Origin: an uncultured virus (IMG/VR IMGVR_UViG_3300024518_000036)
Lineage: Duplodnaviria; Heunggongvirae; Uroviricota; Caudoviricetes
Direction: 5' to 3' (one strand)
Length of the DNA stretch: 64,000 nt
Virus record (IMG/VR): IMGVR_UViG_3300024518_000036
Positions within the stretch are counted from its first letter, which is position 1. Every line of letters starts with the position of its first letter. Both the position numbers and the translations under genes were made by a program. Below the pieces are notes generated by a model, which was not told the DNA's origin, did not search any database, and was given only the letters and a program-made list of their open reading frames with translations. Shown here in pieces: positions 18,518-28,173 of this stretch.

Positions 18518-21500
18518 CGGTTACGCGATCGGCGGGGCTGACGGCGAGACCGGCGCCGGTTCTTCTTCGCTTTGGCTCTCTTCTTCGAGGCGCTCGCCGC
18601 TTCGATCTTCCTGTCTACGGTCTCGATGGCAAGGTCGATGTCTTCCATTATCTCAGCGAGGCTACCTCGTTCAGCCTCTGCTTGGGACAGGGCTGAGTGC
18701 TCACGGATGGTCTTTGGTCCGTGCCACCGCGCCTGCTGCTTCGGGTCCTTGTCGGTCTCGCGCTTGCCGTACCATCGCTCATCGAAGACGGGCGGAAGTC
18801 CTGTCGGAGGGCGTTGGGGAGACAACTCCTTTTCTTGCAACAACCTGAACGTCTCGGCATCGTAGCCCCGCAGGCTGTGGCCCGGCCTGGTTGGCCCGTG
18901 AGGGGGCTCTTGCCCAGAAAGGGGGTGCGGGGACCACCGACCGCCCTTCTCTCGACGCAGGACGTTCCCAGGGCTCTTCTGGAACTTCTCCAGCGCCTCT
19001 GCTTCATCTTGTCGACGCTTCTTGATGATCTGGTCCAGTGACTCCCGTGGCAGATCTTGGAAACGAGAGCGCAGGTCAGCTTCAGTCTGTGCCCCGAACA
19101 GGTTCTGGTCTTTGGTGGCCTTGGCCAAGGCAGTGCGCAGAATGGTCCGAGGCCTTGCTGTCTGCTTTGTTTCGGGCGTCAGGGGGTCATAGGTCCTCCT
19201 CCCTTTTCGCACGTCGGCCAAAGCCCCTTTCTTGCCAACACCGCCTCGTTTTGCCAGCTCCGACGTCGGACGAGACAGACCAACCTCACGGAATCGAATC
19301 ATCTGAGCGAGGGCTGGGTCTACTCCACTTCTCTTCAGCTCATCGAGGAAGGGGATGGGGTCGGAAACAAAATCCATCGCTGTCCCACCCGCTTCTTCCA
19401 TCGTCTCCCCGAGGGGCCAGAGAAGCGCGTAGGGCGTGAAGTGCCCGATGGGTTGCCCCAAGGGATCTTGTCCTACAACGATAGGAACCAGCTCTCCGCC
19501 CTCCCCGTGCATCTCGACTTCCTCGGGCCCTTCCCTCAGTGGACCGGTGTGGCCACGGGGTCGAATGGGGCCGCGAGTGATATCGGCAATGAGGTTGAGG
19601 TTCTCGGGGTTTCCTCCTGCAGGTGCGAGCATCGCCTGGAGCTTGTAGTAGACCTGGGCTGTGTTGGGAGAAGAGACCGCTGCCTTCTGCAAGTCGGTCG
19701 CCGAGGACCCGTACCGACCAAGGACATCAACGTCTTGCAGCATCTTGGGCTGCCCCAGCAAGCCGGTAAAGCGCTCTGCTCCCTTGTTTCCTGGCCAGAA
19801 CAGTCGAGTCAGCTCGAAAAGCACCGGGTTGTAGGTCAAGTAGGCCGTGTAGTTGCCGGTGCGGCTGAGGTTGACGGAGCCGCCCAGTAGCTTTGCCTCT
19901 GCACGAGAAAGGAACTTGGAGAACTTCTGCAACTCGTGCATCCCAGGGCAGGGGTCAACTCCTCTCCTCTCCGGCATCAGGCGGTAGCATGGGTTCCCTG
20001 GGTCAAGGGGGCCGCCTAAGTGGTAGCCACCAAGCTGGTGGTAGAGGACCGCAAGGATCAGAAGCTCAGTCGCTTCATCGAGGGATGTGGGCCGCATGTC
20101 CCCACGCCAGAGGGCCGGGTAGACATCATCGAGGACCAGCGAGAGGGCCCAGTTCGAGTCGACCTGCTGCTTGAACGCCTCAGAAGACCACCCGGGGGGT
20201 CTGAGCAGATCGAACTTCAGGTAGGGCCTGCCTCGGCCTTTATCGTTCGGGTAGAGGGGATCGCCATAGACAGGGTTCCCCCGAGGTCCCATACGGATGC
20301 CCCCTTTTGCGTAATGCAAGGTGGCCCAGAGGATCTTGTCTGCTAACTGCACGGCTGGCAGTTTGCCGTCCTTGTCCGGCTTGAGGGATGCAGGGGGCCT
20401 CTGCGCTTCGAGCAGATCTTTCACTCCTCCGCCATGAATCGCGGCGCTTCGAGCTTTCAGCAGCGTCTTCTTGACCGAATCATCCAGGCTGTGCCACACG
20501 AAGGCGAGCAGATCATCAGTGGGGTGGTGGTCTCCGGAGGTGTCGCCAGCGAGCCATCGGAGGGCTGACCCGGAGAGGTGCTCTACGCTGAAGGGTCCGA
20601 AGTCGAACTTGGAGTGAGGGACTGGCATCTTTGGGAACAGAGTTGCGAGATCATGCAGAGAAAGAGACCCGCCCCGCTTCTTCCTCAACTCCTCGAACTC
20701 CCCCTGAGACAAGATCCCGAGGTCTACAATGGAACGGGCCTTTGGGAGCTGCCGGGCGGGCGGAGCCTCTCGCAGCTTATCCCCGTACTCCTTGATGAAC
20801 TCTTCGTACTGGTCGAGGTCGTCGAGGTCGGTGTCCGTCCTATTGGGTGTGAGGAGGCCCTGACCCAGCCCCTGCCCAGTCACGAACTTGCTCCAATGCT
20901 CGTCTAGGATCCCGAGTTGAAAGCCCGTCTCGTGTTTCCCGTCGGAAAGGACATCGGAGATGATCCGAGCTGACGGCTCGTGGTTGTGTGCGTCGTTGAG
21001 GTACTGGACATACCACCGCATGAGTGAGGCATAGCCCTTTGCAAGCTTGACAATCACACGCCGGACGTCGCTGTAGTAGTAGGAGCGCTCGACCTCGACT
21101 TCTCCCCCCCGGGACCAGTCTCGAACCTTTCTGGGGTTGGGGTCTTCGCGTTCGGGCTTCAACGAGTTCGGAGCCCGCGAGAGCTTGAGGAACAGGGAGC
21201 GGGCTGAGCCGTAAGCCGCGCTCAGTTGCTGGACGCGCTGCTTGAGCACCTTCATCTGTGACTGAGCCTTCTTCTGGTCAGCAGACAGGCAGACGGTGTA
21301 CTCATCGACAGGTTCTCCCCTCTTCTTCCGCTTACCCATCAGCTCTCTGCTGACCTCAAAAGGAACTGTCGTGGGGACCCAGGAGAAGAACGGACTCTCG
21401 GACTTGTCCTTCAGAAGCACTGAGACCTTGGTGCCCTGGGTCAGGCGCCCATCATCTGTGACGGAAGGGCCTGAGACCGGCGTCTTGGGGTCTAGGGTTA

Positions 21501-23802
21501 CCCTGTGCTCCGGGTTGGTCCCGACTCTCACAGCCCCGCTGGCAACAAGCCATCTGGCCACAGGCGCCGAAATCCCTTCGACCGCCAAAGCTTGGATCAC
21601 GGTCCCGGCTTGTCGGGCGTTGAAGGCTCGGTAACCATAGGGGCGGAACTTCTTCAACCGCTCCGGGCCAGACGACTTCCACTTGGAGACACGGAAGAAA
21701 GTCAGTTTTCCTGCTGGGCCGATCTGTGCGAAGTCCTCCTTAATGTCGGCCTCAATCCCTGCCGCTCCACCTTTGGGGAGCTTCCCGATCAGTTCGGCCT
21801 GAGGCTGAGTCGCGCGCATAGAACGGTACTTGCTCTTGCGGAGTCTCATGTAACTGCGGAAGCGCTCAGTGACTGGGAAGACGCTCATCCCGGGCCGGTG
21901 CTCCAAGGCGTTCTTGTACCGCTCCAGCGCTTCATTCATCTCGTCGAGCTTTTCCTTCGATGGCAGGGAGATGATGACAGCGCTTCCCCGGGGGATGGTC
22001 TTAGTGAGGTCGGTCACTTTCCTGTAGCCACCGGTGAGACTGCGAGTGCTGTGGCGGGGGTCAGCAAACTGAACTTTCACGACTGCCTTTCGCGTGAAGA
22101 GGTCGATCGCTGCACCGATGCTCTCGCGAACCGTCTTCATCTTCTTTTCTAAAGCGAACGCCTCTCTCATCAGCTTGCTCGCATCCTGGCGGTCTTTCTC
22201 TGTACGATTTGGCTTTTGTTCAAGGGCAGCGGCGTCTTTGAACTTGCGCGTGGTTTCACTCTGCCAGTCGATGAGCTTTGTGGAAGGTGTGCGAGCGTAG
22301 GTCTGGACGAGAGGAAGGACCTGTTCTCTGACCAACCCGGCTAGCGTCTGACTCTGGTCGAGGTAGAAAGGACCAACCACCTTGTCCTGAAGCTCTGCCC
22401 CTGCCCTTTTGGCCAGCTCTTCGACCTTCTTCCACTTGAGGAAAGGAGCTGTCTGCCTCTTCTGGTTGTCCACCACCAAGTAGTAAGCAGTGCCGTCAAT
22501 GGGGTTGCCACAGTACACGCGCCGGTCGCCTGAAAGGCGAGGTGGGTCTGGTCGCGTGAAGAATCCTGCCAGGTGGGTTTTGATGCGATCCGTCACAGCA
22601 GCATCGAGCGCAGCTTGGGACTTGGGCCTGAATTGAGTGGTGCGTGCTGCTGCTGCTTTTTGCTCCCGAAGCTTGGCCCCCCTCGCCAGCCGAGTCTTCT
22701 TCCTCTCTGCATCTTCCCGCTTCTTGCGCTGGGCGGCGGACAGCGGCTTCTTCTTCTTCTTCTTCTTCTTCTTCAGGCCCACGGCGGCCTTGTACTTGGC
22801 TTCAGCCTCAGTAAAGATCAGCTCTTGGGGAACAAGAGCCACGAGCCCGTTGTACAGCTCCTCCTCACCTATCAGGCCTTCATTGAACACTTTGATCAGG
22901 TTGTTGGCGTCGGTCTTCGGCTGGTGGAGCCACGCCTCACGCAGTTCGCCAAGAAGTCCTCGATCTACTCCTTCACCTTTACGGTAGCTCTCCTCTTCGG
23001 TCTCCCCTTCGGCCCGCCACTCGGGGTACTCTTTCTGGGCCGCTTGGTCGGCTTCGCTGATTCGCCCTTCGAGCACTTCCATCCACACCGCCGCCCGAGC
23101 GAGGTCTGCTACCGGAGCAGTCTCACCGGGGGCGGGGATCTTCCGCATGAAGAACTCAAGCTGGGCCTTCTCGTCGGACGACAGAGGTGCAAGACTTCCC
23201 CCCTCTTTTCTCTCACGTAGAAGGTAGTCGAGGTGATGCTGCTTGCTCTCCTCTCGGTCCTCCTTCCTCTTGCGCTCACGGATTTTTGGGTCTTGAATGC
23301 GCCTCCTATCCCGGGGGAGCCACTCCCCAGTTCTCTCGTCGTAAGCGAGGTCTTCTTTTTTCTTCACCCCTTTGAAGCGCCAGTCCCCCTTCTCCAAGAC
23401 TTCCCGTTTGTGGGCAAGGCTTTCGAGGGAAGACTCTTCTAGCCCCTGGATGATGGATTCGACCCGTCGAACGGGGCCTGCGTGCTCTCCAGGGAACAGA
23501 AATTTGGCCTCTTTCAGGTCTTGGCGGGCCTGAACTAACTGCTGCTCTCGCCACCGAAGCAGCTCCTCGTCCTCCTCTGACGGGTTCCATCGAGCCCGAC
23601 GGCCCCTACGTCTCCGGCGAGGGCGGCGCCCGTACGGGTTGGGATTGGCCCTTGCCGACCCGGCAGGAGAAAGGAGGTCTTCGTTCCTGCGCTCGACCCT
23701 GTGGGAAGCGTCGTCAAAGCGCACGTCGACCATCCCGTTGGGCATGGAGCCTTCGACAGTTCCGGTCCTACCCTGGTAGCTGACCCGTGCGCCCTTCTTC
23801 AC
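18514..23802 (-). CDS. 1762-aa giant basic protein, putative virion-internal protein
   Basis: Long ORF; N-terminal SH3/Tudor-like beta module, then ARANP...ARWNP; Arg-rich C-terminus. Confidence 0.85.
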   Translation of the reverse strand: MKKGARVSYQGRTGTVEGSMPNGMVDVRFDDASHRVERRNEDLLSPAGSARANPNPYGRRPRRRRRGRRARWNPSEEDEELLRWREQQLVQARQDLKEAKFLFPGEHAGPVRRVESIIQGLEESSLESLAHKREVLEKGDWRFKGVKKKEDLAYDERTGEWLPRDRRRIQDPKIRERKRKEDREESKQHHLDYLLRERKEGGSLAPLSSDEKAQLEFFMRKIPAPGETAPVADLARAAVWMEVLEGRISEADQAAQKEYPEWRAEGETEEESYRKGEGVDRGLLGELREAWLHQPKTDANNLIKVFNEGLIGEEELYNGLVALVPQELIFTEAEAKYKAAVGLKKKKKKKKKPLSAAQRKKREDAERKKTRLARGAKLREQKAAAARTTQFRPKSQAALDAAVTDRIKTHLAGFFTRPDPPRLSGDRRVYCGNPIDGTAYYLVVDNQKRQTAPFLKWKKVEELAKRAGAELQDKVVGPFYLDQSQTLAGLVREQVLPLVQTYARTPSTKLIDWQSETTRKFKDAAALEQKPNRTEKDRQDASKLMREAFALEKKMKTVRESIGAAIDLFTRKAVVKVQFADPRHSTRSLTGGYRKVTDLTKTIPRGSAVIISLPSKEKLDEMNEALERYKNALEHRPGMSVFPVTERFRSYMRLRKSKYRSMRATQPQAELIGKLPKGGAAGIEADIKEDFAQIGPAGKLTFFRVSKWKSSGPERLKKFRPYGYRAFNARQAGTVIQALAVEGISAPVARWLVASGAVRVGTNPEHRVTLDPKTPVSGPSVTDDGRLTQGTKVSVLLKDKSESPFFSWVPTTVPFEVSRELMGKRKKRGEPVDEYTVCLSADQKKAQSQMKVLKQRVQQLSAAYGSARSLFLKLSRAPNSLKPEREDPNPRKVRDWSRGGEVEVERSYYYSDVRRVIVKLAKGYASLMRWYVQYLNDAHNHEPSARIISDVLSDGKHETGFQLGILDEHWSKFVTGQGLGQGLLTPNRTDTDLDDLDQYEEFIKEYGDKLREAPPARQLPKARSIVDLGILSQGEFEELRKKRGGSLSLHDLATLFPKMPVPHSKFDFGPFSVEHLSGSALRWLAGDTSGDHHPTDDLLAFVWHSLDDSVKKTLLKARSAAIHGGGVKDLLEAQRPPASLKPDKDGKLPAVQLADKILWATLHYAKGGIRMGPRGNPVYGDPLYPNDKGRGRPYLKFDLLRPPGWSSEAFKQQVDSNWALSLVLDDVYPALWRGDMRPTSLDEATELLILAVLYHQLGGYHLGGPLDPGNPCYRLMPERRGVDPCPGMHELQKFSKFLSRAEAKLLGGSVNLSRTGNYTAYLTYNPVLFELTRLFWPGNKGAERFTGLLGQPKMLQDVDVLGRYGSSATDLQKAAVSSPNTAQVYYKLQAMLAPAGGNPENLNLIADITRGPIRPRGHTGPLREGPEEVEMHGEGGELVPIVVGQDPLGQPIGHFTPYALLWPLGETMEEAGGTAMDFVSDPIPFLDELKRSGVDPALAQMIRFREVGLSRPTSELAKRGGVGKKGALADVRKGRRTYDPLTPETKQTARPRTILRTALAKATKDQNLFGAQTEADLRSRFQDLPRESLDQIIKKRRQDEAEALEKFQKSPGNVLRREKGGRWSPHPLSGQEPPHGPTRPGHSLRGYDAETFRLLQEKELSPQRPPTGLPPVFDERWYGKRETDKDPKQQARWHGPKTIREHSALSQAEAERGSLAEIMEDIDLAIETVDRKIEAASASKKRAKAKKNRRRSRRQPRRSRNR

Positions 23803-23811
23803 AAGACAACC

Positions 23812-24297
23812 TCACTGGCTGGCAGACATGGTGACAATGACACGGTCTTCGCCTTGGTCTGCTGCAGGCACCTCTGCAGAGGTGTCGAACTCCAACGCTA
23901 TGGTCTCAACACCAGCACAGCAGAGCTTGAAGAAGATGGGCTCCCCGACAGGAAGAAGCTGGGGCGTCGTGAGCGGCACGAACGAGTCCGACGTGAGAAG
24001 AGCGAAGGCTGGATGTGGCGTCCCTGGGTTGATAGCCACCGCACGCCACGCGATGTAGTTCCGTGCCTGAAAGACGAAGTCCGACCGGTCGTATTCCGGG
24101 AACTGGAGCAAGCTGATGTAGATCTCAGGCAGGTTTCCGACGTACAAGGTAGTGCTCGTACGCACTGCTCCGGAGTTGGTCGTGTTTCCAGTAGGAGCAC
24201 CAAAAGTGGCTTCTTTCACGATGATGTTGCGCCGATCAAGGACCTGCGCAGCGGCAATTGTTCCAGCACCTGCTGCTGGGCTGGTGTCAGTCGGCAT
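23812..24297 (-). CDS. Beta-rich hypothetical protein, putative minor capsid/vertex
   Basis: Alternating hydrophobic strands; translationally coupled. Confidence 0.55.
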   Translation of the reverse strand: MPTDTSPAAGAGTIAAAQVLDRRNIIVKEATFGAPTGNTTNSGAVRTSTTLYVGNLPEIYISLLQFPEYDRSDFVFQARNYIAWRAVAINPGTPHPAFALLTSDSFVPLTTPQLLPVGEPIFFKLCCAGVETIALEFDTSAEVPAADQGEDRVIVTMSASQ

Positions 24298-25022
24298 TAG
24301 TACACCGCAGCCTGAAGAACAAGCGTCTCGGGATCTTGGTCTTCAACAGGCGGAATCGGGAAGCCAGTCTCGATGAAGAGAGAAAAGTGGATCTTCAGCC
24401 TCCAGTACCGAATCGGGTAGCCATCGCCGAACCCCAACACCGTGCCGGGAGGAGAGAAGCCCGCGATGGAGGACTCTTGCCCCACAGCAGTCGGGGCGAA
24501 CTTCGAGGTCGCGTCCGTTGACCCAATCAACACCACATTTGGCGGTGTTCCGATCCCCTCTCCCGCACGAGTTTGGCTTTGGGCCACGGTGGTCTGGCCG
24601 AAGTCTAGAGCCTGTGTTGTCACAGGAAAGGGTTGTGTCAGAGGCAGAGACTGCGGGTCTCCCCCGAAGATCTGCACGTAGAGCCGAGCCGCCGTGCTCC
24701 AGATGGGGTTGCCTTGCTTCGGTCCTGCCTGAGCAGAGCGAAGATCAGGTCGCAAGTCGAAAACTGGAGAGGTCCACGCGTAAGTGAACAGGATACCAGG
24801 GGGTCCGGCATCGTTTGGTGTGGCGCCCGAAATGACTCCCGTCCACAAGAAGGGCATCTTCGCCCCGTACCACTGGGGACGAGGGACCTCCTTGGGAGAG
24901 GGCATTGGGAGCGTGCCCTCTGGGTTGCTGTAGAGGGGGCTCCGGCCGAACTGGTCGGGGTATTGCTTCACCGAGGCTCCTACCGGATGTTGAAGTTCCG
25001 AGGCGCCCGTATCTCCAGACAC
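24297..25022 (-). CDS. Pro/beta-rich hypothetical protein, putative structural
   Basis: WTSPVFDLRP, RYWRLKIHF strands; start uncertain. Confidence 0.55.
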   Translation of the reverse strand: MSGDTGASELQHPVGASVKQYPDQFGRSPLYSNPEGTLPMPSPKEVPRPQWYGAKMPFLWTGVISGATPNDAGPPGILFTYAWTSPVFDLRPDLRSAQAGPKQGNPIWSTAARLYVQIFGGDPQSLPLTQPFPVTTQALDFGQTTVAQSQTRAGEGIGTPPNVVLIGSTDATSKFAPTAVGQESSIAGFSPPGTVLGFGDGYPIRYWRLKIHFSLFIETGFPIPPVEDQDPETLVLQAAVY

Positions 25023-25543
25023 ACGAATGTGATGTCGATTCGGATGTTATTGCGAAGCGGGGTGATGCCACAAATGAGGGTGCCCCCCTGATCTACATTG
25101 TACCCGTGACCGCCAATCTCACCTGGCTCTGTCGCACGTCCCAGCACCGTGTCGGCCAGCCGGGCTTCTGTCATGAGCTTGTCGCCCATGGTGTACTCGA
25201 CCCGAAAGAGGTACTGGAGGTTCATGTTGACGACGCTGAGCTGTGTCAGTGCCGTCTGCGGATCCGTGAGATCGAACGCCGCGCCATTGATCGCAACTAC
25301 GCGGACAGGGATGTCGAACTGGACGGTTCTGAGCATCTCGGCGTTGACTGCGAAGTCAGTGTCCGTGCTCAAGATCCCCGTCGAGTAAAACCGGACCTGG
25401 TAGCCAACATTCGGGTTGGTCGAGTACCACGGAGAGGTGGGGTAGAAGGGGAACCGAACGAAAGGAAATGGTTGCTCCCCTCCGAGCTGCGCCGAGGAAG
25501 GCATCGCGACGACTGCCGACCGGTACTTGGGATCTTGGCTCAT
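24980..25543 (-). CDS. Putative single jelly-roll minor capsid protein
   Basis: About 8 predicted strands; N-terminal arm with PFYPTSPWYSTNP. Confidence 0.45.
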   Translation of the reverse strand: MSQDPKYRSAVVAMPSSAQLGGEQPFPFVRFPFYPTSPWYSTNPNVGYQVRFYSTGILSTDTDFAVNAEMLRTVQFDIPVRVVAINGAAFDLTDPQTALTQLSVVNMNLQYLFRVEYTMGDKLMTEARLADTVLGRATEPGEIGGHGYNVDQGGTLICGITPLRNNIRIDITFVCLEIRAPRNFNIR

Positions 25544-25596
25544 GGATGTAGTCCTTTTAGGAGTGGAGCATAGCGCAGAGGTGAAAAAGGAGCCTG

Positions 25597-26130
25597 CTAT
25601 CCTTTCCAGAGGAAGAAACCGACGAGACCTGCAACAGCCAACCCGCCGAGGCCCACGTAGAGCATGGTGTTGTCTCCACCCTCATCAGAGGTGGTGGAGT
25701 CGTCGTAGTCATCACCGTCGAAGTCCATCATGGCCAGCTCCGCGTCCGTGAGATCAGGATCGACCTGAGGCTCCATCTTGGAGTCGTCGATGTCTCGAAG
25801 AAGAGCCTCTTCCAGCTCGGGGTCGAGCTTGCCTTTTTTCTCCAACTTGTCGGAGAGCTTCAGGGCCCTCGTGCCAGCCTTACCCCGGTGCTTCTGCCAC
25901 TTCTTGTACTGGCCCTTGCACTTCTTGGCCCCTGCCTCGGGATAGACCGCTTTTCCCTTGTTGGTCTTGCTCTGCTTGCAACGCAGGTACTTTGTGCGGT
26001 ACAGCGTTTTCTTTTGTGTTGACTTGGCGTGCTTCTGCGCCTTGGTCAGAGCGATACCCAAGAAGGGGTTCTGGAGGGCAGAGTGCGACGGGTTGGCGCG
26101 GACTGGAATTGCTGAATGTCGGACGGGCAT
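25597..26130 (-). CDS. Lys-rich tail-anchored membrane protein (related to 17056-17811)
   Basis: RANP, ALQNP; YLRCK...CKGQYKKWQK; acidic linker; TM. Confidence 0.8.
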   Translation of the reverse strand: MPVRHSAIPVRANPSHSALQNPFLGIALTKAQKHAKSTQKKTLYRTKYLRCKQSKTNKGKAVYPEAGAKKCKGQYKKWQKHRGKAGTRALKLSDKLEKKGKLDPELEEALLRDIDDSKMEPQVDPDLTDAELAMMDFDGDDYDDSTTSDEGGDNTMLYVGLGGLAVAGLVGFFLWKG

Positions 26131-26151
26131 GAAAGCTCCTCGCTGGAGCAG

Positions 26152-26205
26152 AGCTTATCGCGGTCACCGAGGTGAAAGGAGCTGAGAAGAAAGTCCGAGT
26201 GCTAC
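26152..26205 (-). promoter_or_regulatory. GTAGCACTCG box, CAGCTCCTTTC and -10 (TAAGCT)
   Basis: 48-nt spacing; box overlaps the upstream TAG stop. Confidence 0.6.
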
Positions 26206-26741
26206 GAGGCTCCTCTCTCGATGAGCATCGCGTGGCAACGACCAGCAAGAGTCGCGTCGAACAGCGCTCTGTGCTGTGCTGAGTCGGTCCGTTCCGGCAA
26301 GTAGACCCCCAACCCAGCGCAGGCGTTCATCAGGGAAATGCTCTTGCGATTGCCTTGGAGGGCCATCGAGGTCCGCCGCATGAGGCAGTCACCCCAAGGG
26401 AGGTGCTCCGAAGCAGGGAAGGTCTTCTTCATCATGCCCCTATCGAAAGGGACGTTGAAGGCCAGAACCGCCGTCACGGGAGCGTGCAGAGACATCCAGC
26501 TGAGCAAAGCCTCCCAGACTTGGTCGGCGGGTGCTGCTGCCATCACCAGATCTGGGTCGATCTTGTGGACGTTGAAGGCGTACTTCGACCACCCACCGAG
26601 ACCCTGGGTCGGCTTCACGAGGGAGCTGAAGGTTCCGACCTCAATTCCTTTCTCTGTCAGCACGACGGCGCCGATCTCGATGACGGACGAGAGCTTGTTC
26701 CCCAGGTGGCCAGAGGTCTCCGTGTCAAGGACGACGATCAT
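26202..26741 (-). CDS. DEDDh 3'-5' exonuclease (DnaQ-like)
   Basis: LDTETSG, AFNVPFD, HRALFDA. Confidence 0.92.
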   Translation of the reverse strand: MIVVLDTETSGHLGNKLSSVIEIGAVVLTEKGIEVGTFSSLVKPTQGLGGWSKYAFNVHKIDPDLVMAAAPADQVWEALLSWMSLHAPVTAVLAFNVPFDRGMMKKTFPASEHLPWGDCLMRRTSMALQGNRKSISLMNACAGLGVYLPERTDSAQHRALFDATLAGRCHAMLIERGAS

Positions 26742-27072
26742 AAGTTGTTTCCTCCCGGAAAGGAATCACGGCTCTTACTTCTCGAAGAACGAACAGTGTG
26801 GTCTTCCCGGGATACCAGAAGGACTCCTTGGTCCCCCGGTTCTGGACCGTCCAACCTATCCCCCTCGCCCAGTCTCTCATGGCGCGAAGGTCACCTTCCC
26901 GGTAGCCGGAGTCCATGCTGTATAGCTCTGTCGTCAGGGCAAGGCGTCCATCCGCCTTCGGAGCCCCGAAGCTGTGCGCGTGGAAGTACCACACCGGGTC
27001 TCCTCCGGGTGCCTTGGGACTCTTGTAGAGCGTCCCGTCCACGTCATAGATGTGCAGTTCCGTTGGGCGCAT
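26725..27072 (-). CDS. Short protein with HAD motif I (possibly a truncated HAD phosphatase)
   Basis: LHIYDVDGTLYKSP; later HAD motifs not evident. Confidence 0.5.
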   Translation of the reverse strand: MRPTELHIYDVDGTLYKSPKAPGGDPVWYFHAHSFGAPKADGRLALTTELYSMDSGYREGDLRAMRDWARGIGWTVQNRGTKESFWYPGKTTLFVLREVRAVIPFREETTYDRRP

Positions 27073-27136
27073 GCTTGACCTGTGCTGCCCCCTACATAGC
27101 CGCTCAGTCCCTTGTGTACCGCCAGAGGGCTGCAAC

Positions 27137-27355
27137 TCATCCTTCCTCCTGTACCAGCTTGTCGGCCAGAGCCCACACGGCGTCGGCGATGGCCCCGGCC
27201 TCGCGGCACACGTCGGGCATGTTCGTCTCGGCAGCTACCTGCTCGACCCACCCGAGCGAGGAGCAGATGGCCCACAAGGCCCCGGACAACTCGCGCTTGT
27301 CCATCGGTTCTCCTGGCTTCCGCCGACTGTCCAGATTCACTACGTCGGCGCTCAT
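27137..27355 (-). CDS. Hypothetical protein
   Basis: MSADVVNLDSRR start; helical. Confidence 0.5.
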   Translation of the reverse strand: MSADVVNLDSRRKPGEPMDKRELSGALWAICSSLGWVEQVAAETNMPDVCREAGAIADAVWALADKLVQEEG

Positions 27356-27623
27356 AGAACGACAAGAGAGACAGCGGCTGACGCAGCAATGTAGATGCCT
27401 ACAGCCGCAAGACCCGTCCGACACACTCCGGGGTTCACCCGAACAGGGGGAACCAGGAACTGAGGGGCATCGTACTTCATGTTACCGGCTTCTCAGGTTG
27501 CTGACTGCGTACCGCCTGGCGTGTAGGTAGACCCACACCTCCCGGCCTGCTACAGCCAGCCCACGCGGGTCGCTCTCTGCGACTCCCCAGTCTGTCCACT
27601 CCACCATCTCGACCGCGTGCATT

Positions 27624-28112
27624 ATGTCCTCACACAACACACTTGTATCAGACCAAGAGACCCTCGGCAAACTCCTCGCAAGCCGGTGGAAGGAGGCCTG
27701 TGCTGTCGTAGACAGGCTGGAAGACCTCAACGTCGGCTGGGCCATTGGGGAGTCCGAGCACTTCCGGAAAGAAAGGGGCTTCGCTGTCACTCGCTTCTTC
27801 GGAGACGGCCAGTTCCACTTGATCTGGTCAGAGGAGATCCTGGGCCAGCCCCTTTCTCGGGTGGATGCCATCACCTGCCACGAGATCGGGCACGTCGCTG
27901 ACTTCGGTCTGCCCTTCATCGAAGACCACTTGAAGGAGGCCCTCCCCGAGCGGATGGAAACCGTAGTGGTGCCCCCAGAGAGCCAGCGGGAGCTTCGGGC
28001 CGATTGCCTCGCCTACCTCCTGTTCGATGTGCTGATTCGCTACGACAGCGAGGACATACAGACCCTCGACCCCAGCGGTGTGGCACCAAGACCAGAACGT
28101 CTCGGGCTGTAG
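27624..28112 (+). CDS. HExxH zincin-like metallopeptidase (paralog of 5936-6376)
   Basis: TCHEIGH...ELRADCLA...IRYD...RPERLGL. Confidence 0.7.
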   Translation: MSSHNTLVSDQETLGKLLASRWKEACAVVDRLEDLNVGWAIGESEHFRKERGFAVTRFFGDGQFHLIWSEEILGQPLSRVDAITCHEIGHVADFGLPFIEDHLKEALPERMETVVVPPESQRELRADCLAYLLFDVLIRYDSEDIQTLDPSGVAPRPERLGL

Positions 28113-28114
28113 AC

Positions 28115-28148
28115 AAAGAAAACCCCCGACCCGGAGGTCGAGGGTTTC
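28115..28148 (-). terminator. Rho-independent terminator after the putative capsid gene
   Basis: GAAACCCTCGACC-TCCG-GGTCGGGGGTTTTCTTT on the minus strand. Confidence 0.85.
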
Positions 28149-28173
28149 GGCGAAAAGCCAGGTTGAACCTGAC

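Noticed and set aside
18514..23802. Giant ORFs as a tail tape-measure protein or virion RNA polymerase
   Set aside because: No tape-measure repeats or tail context, and no DxDGD or other polymerase motif recognised
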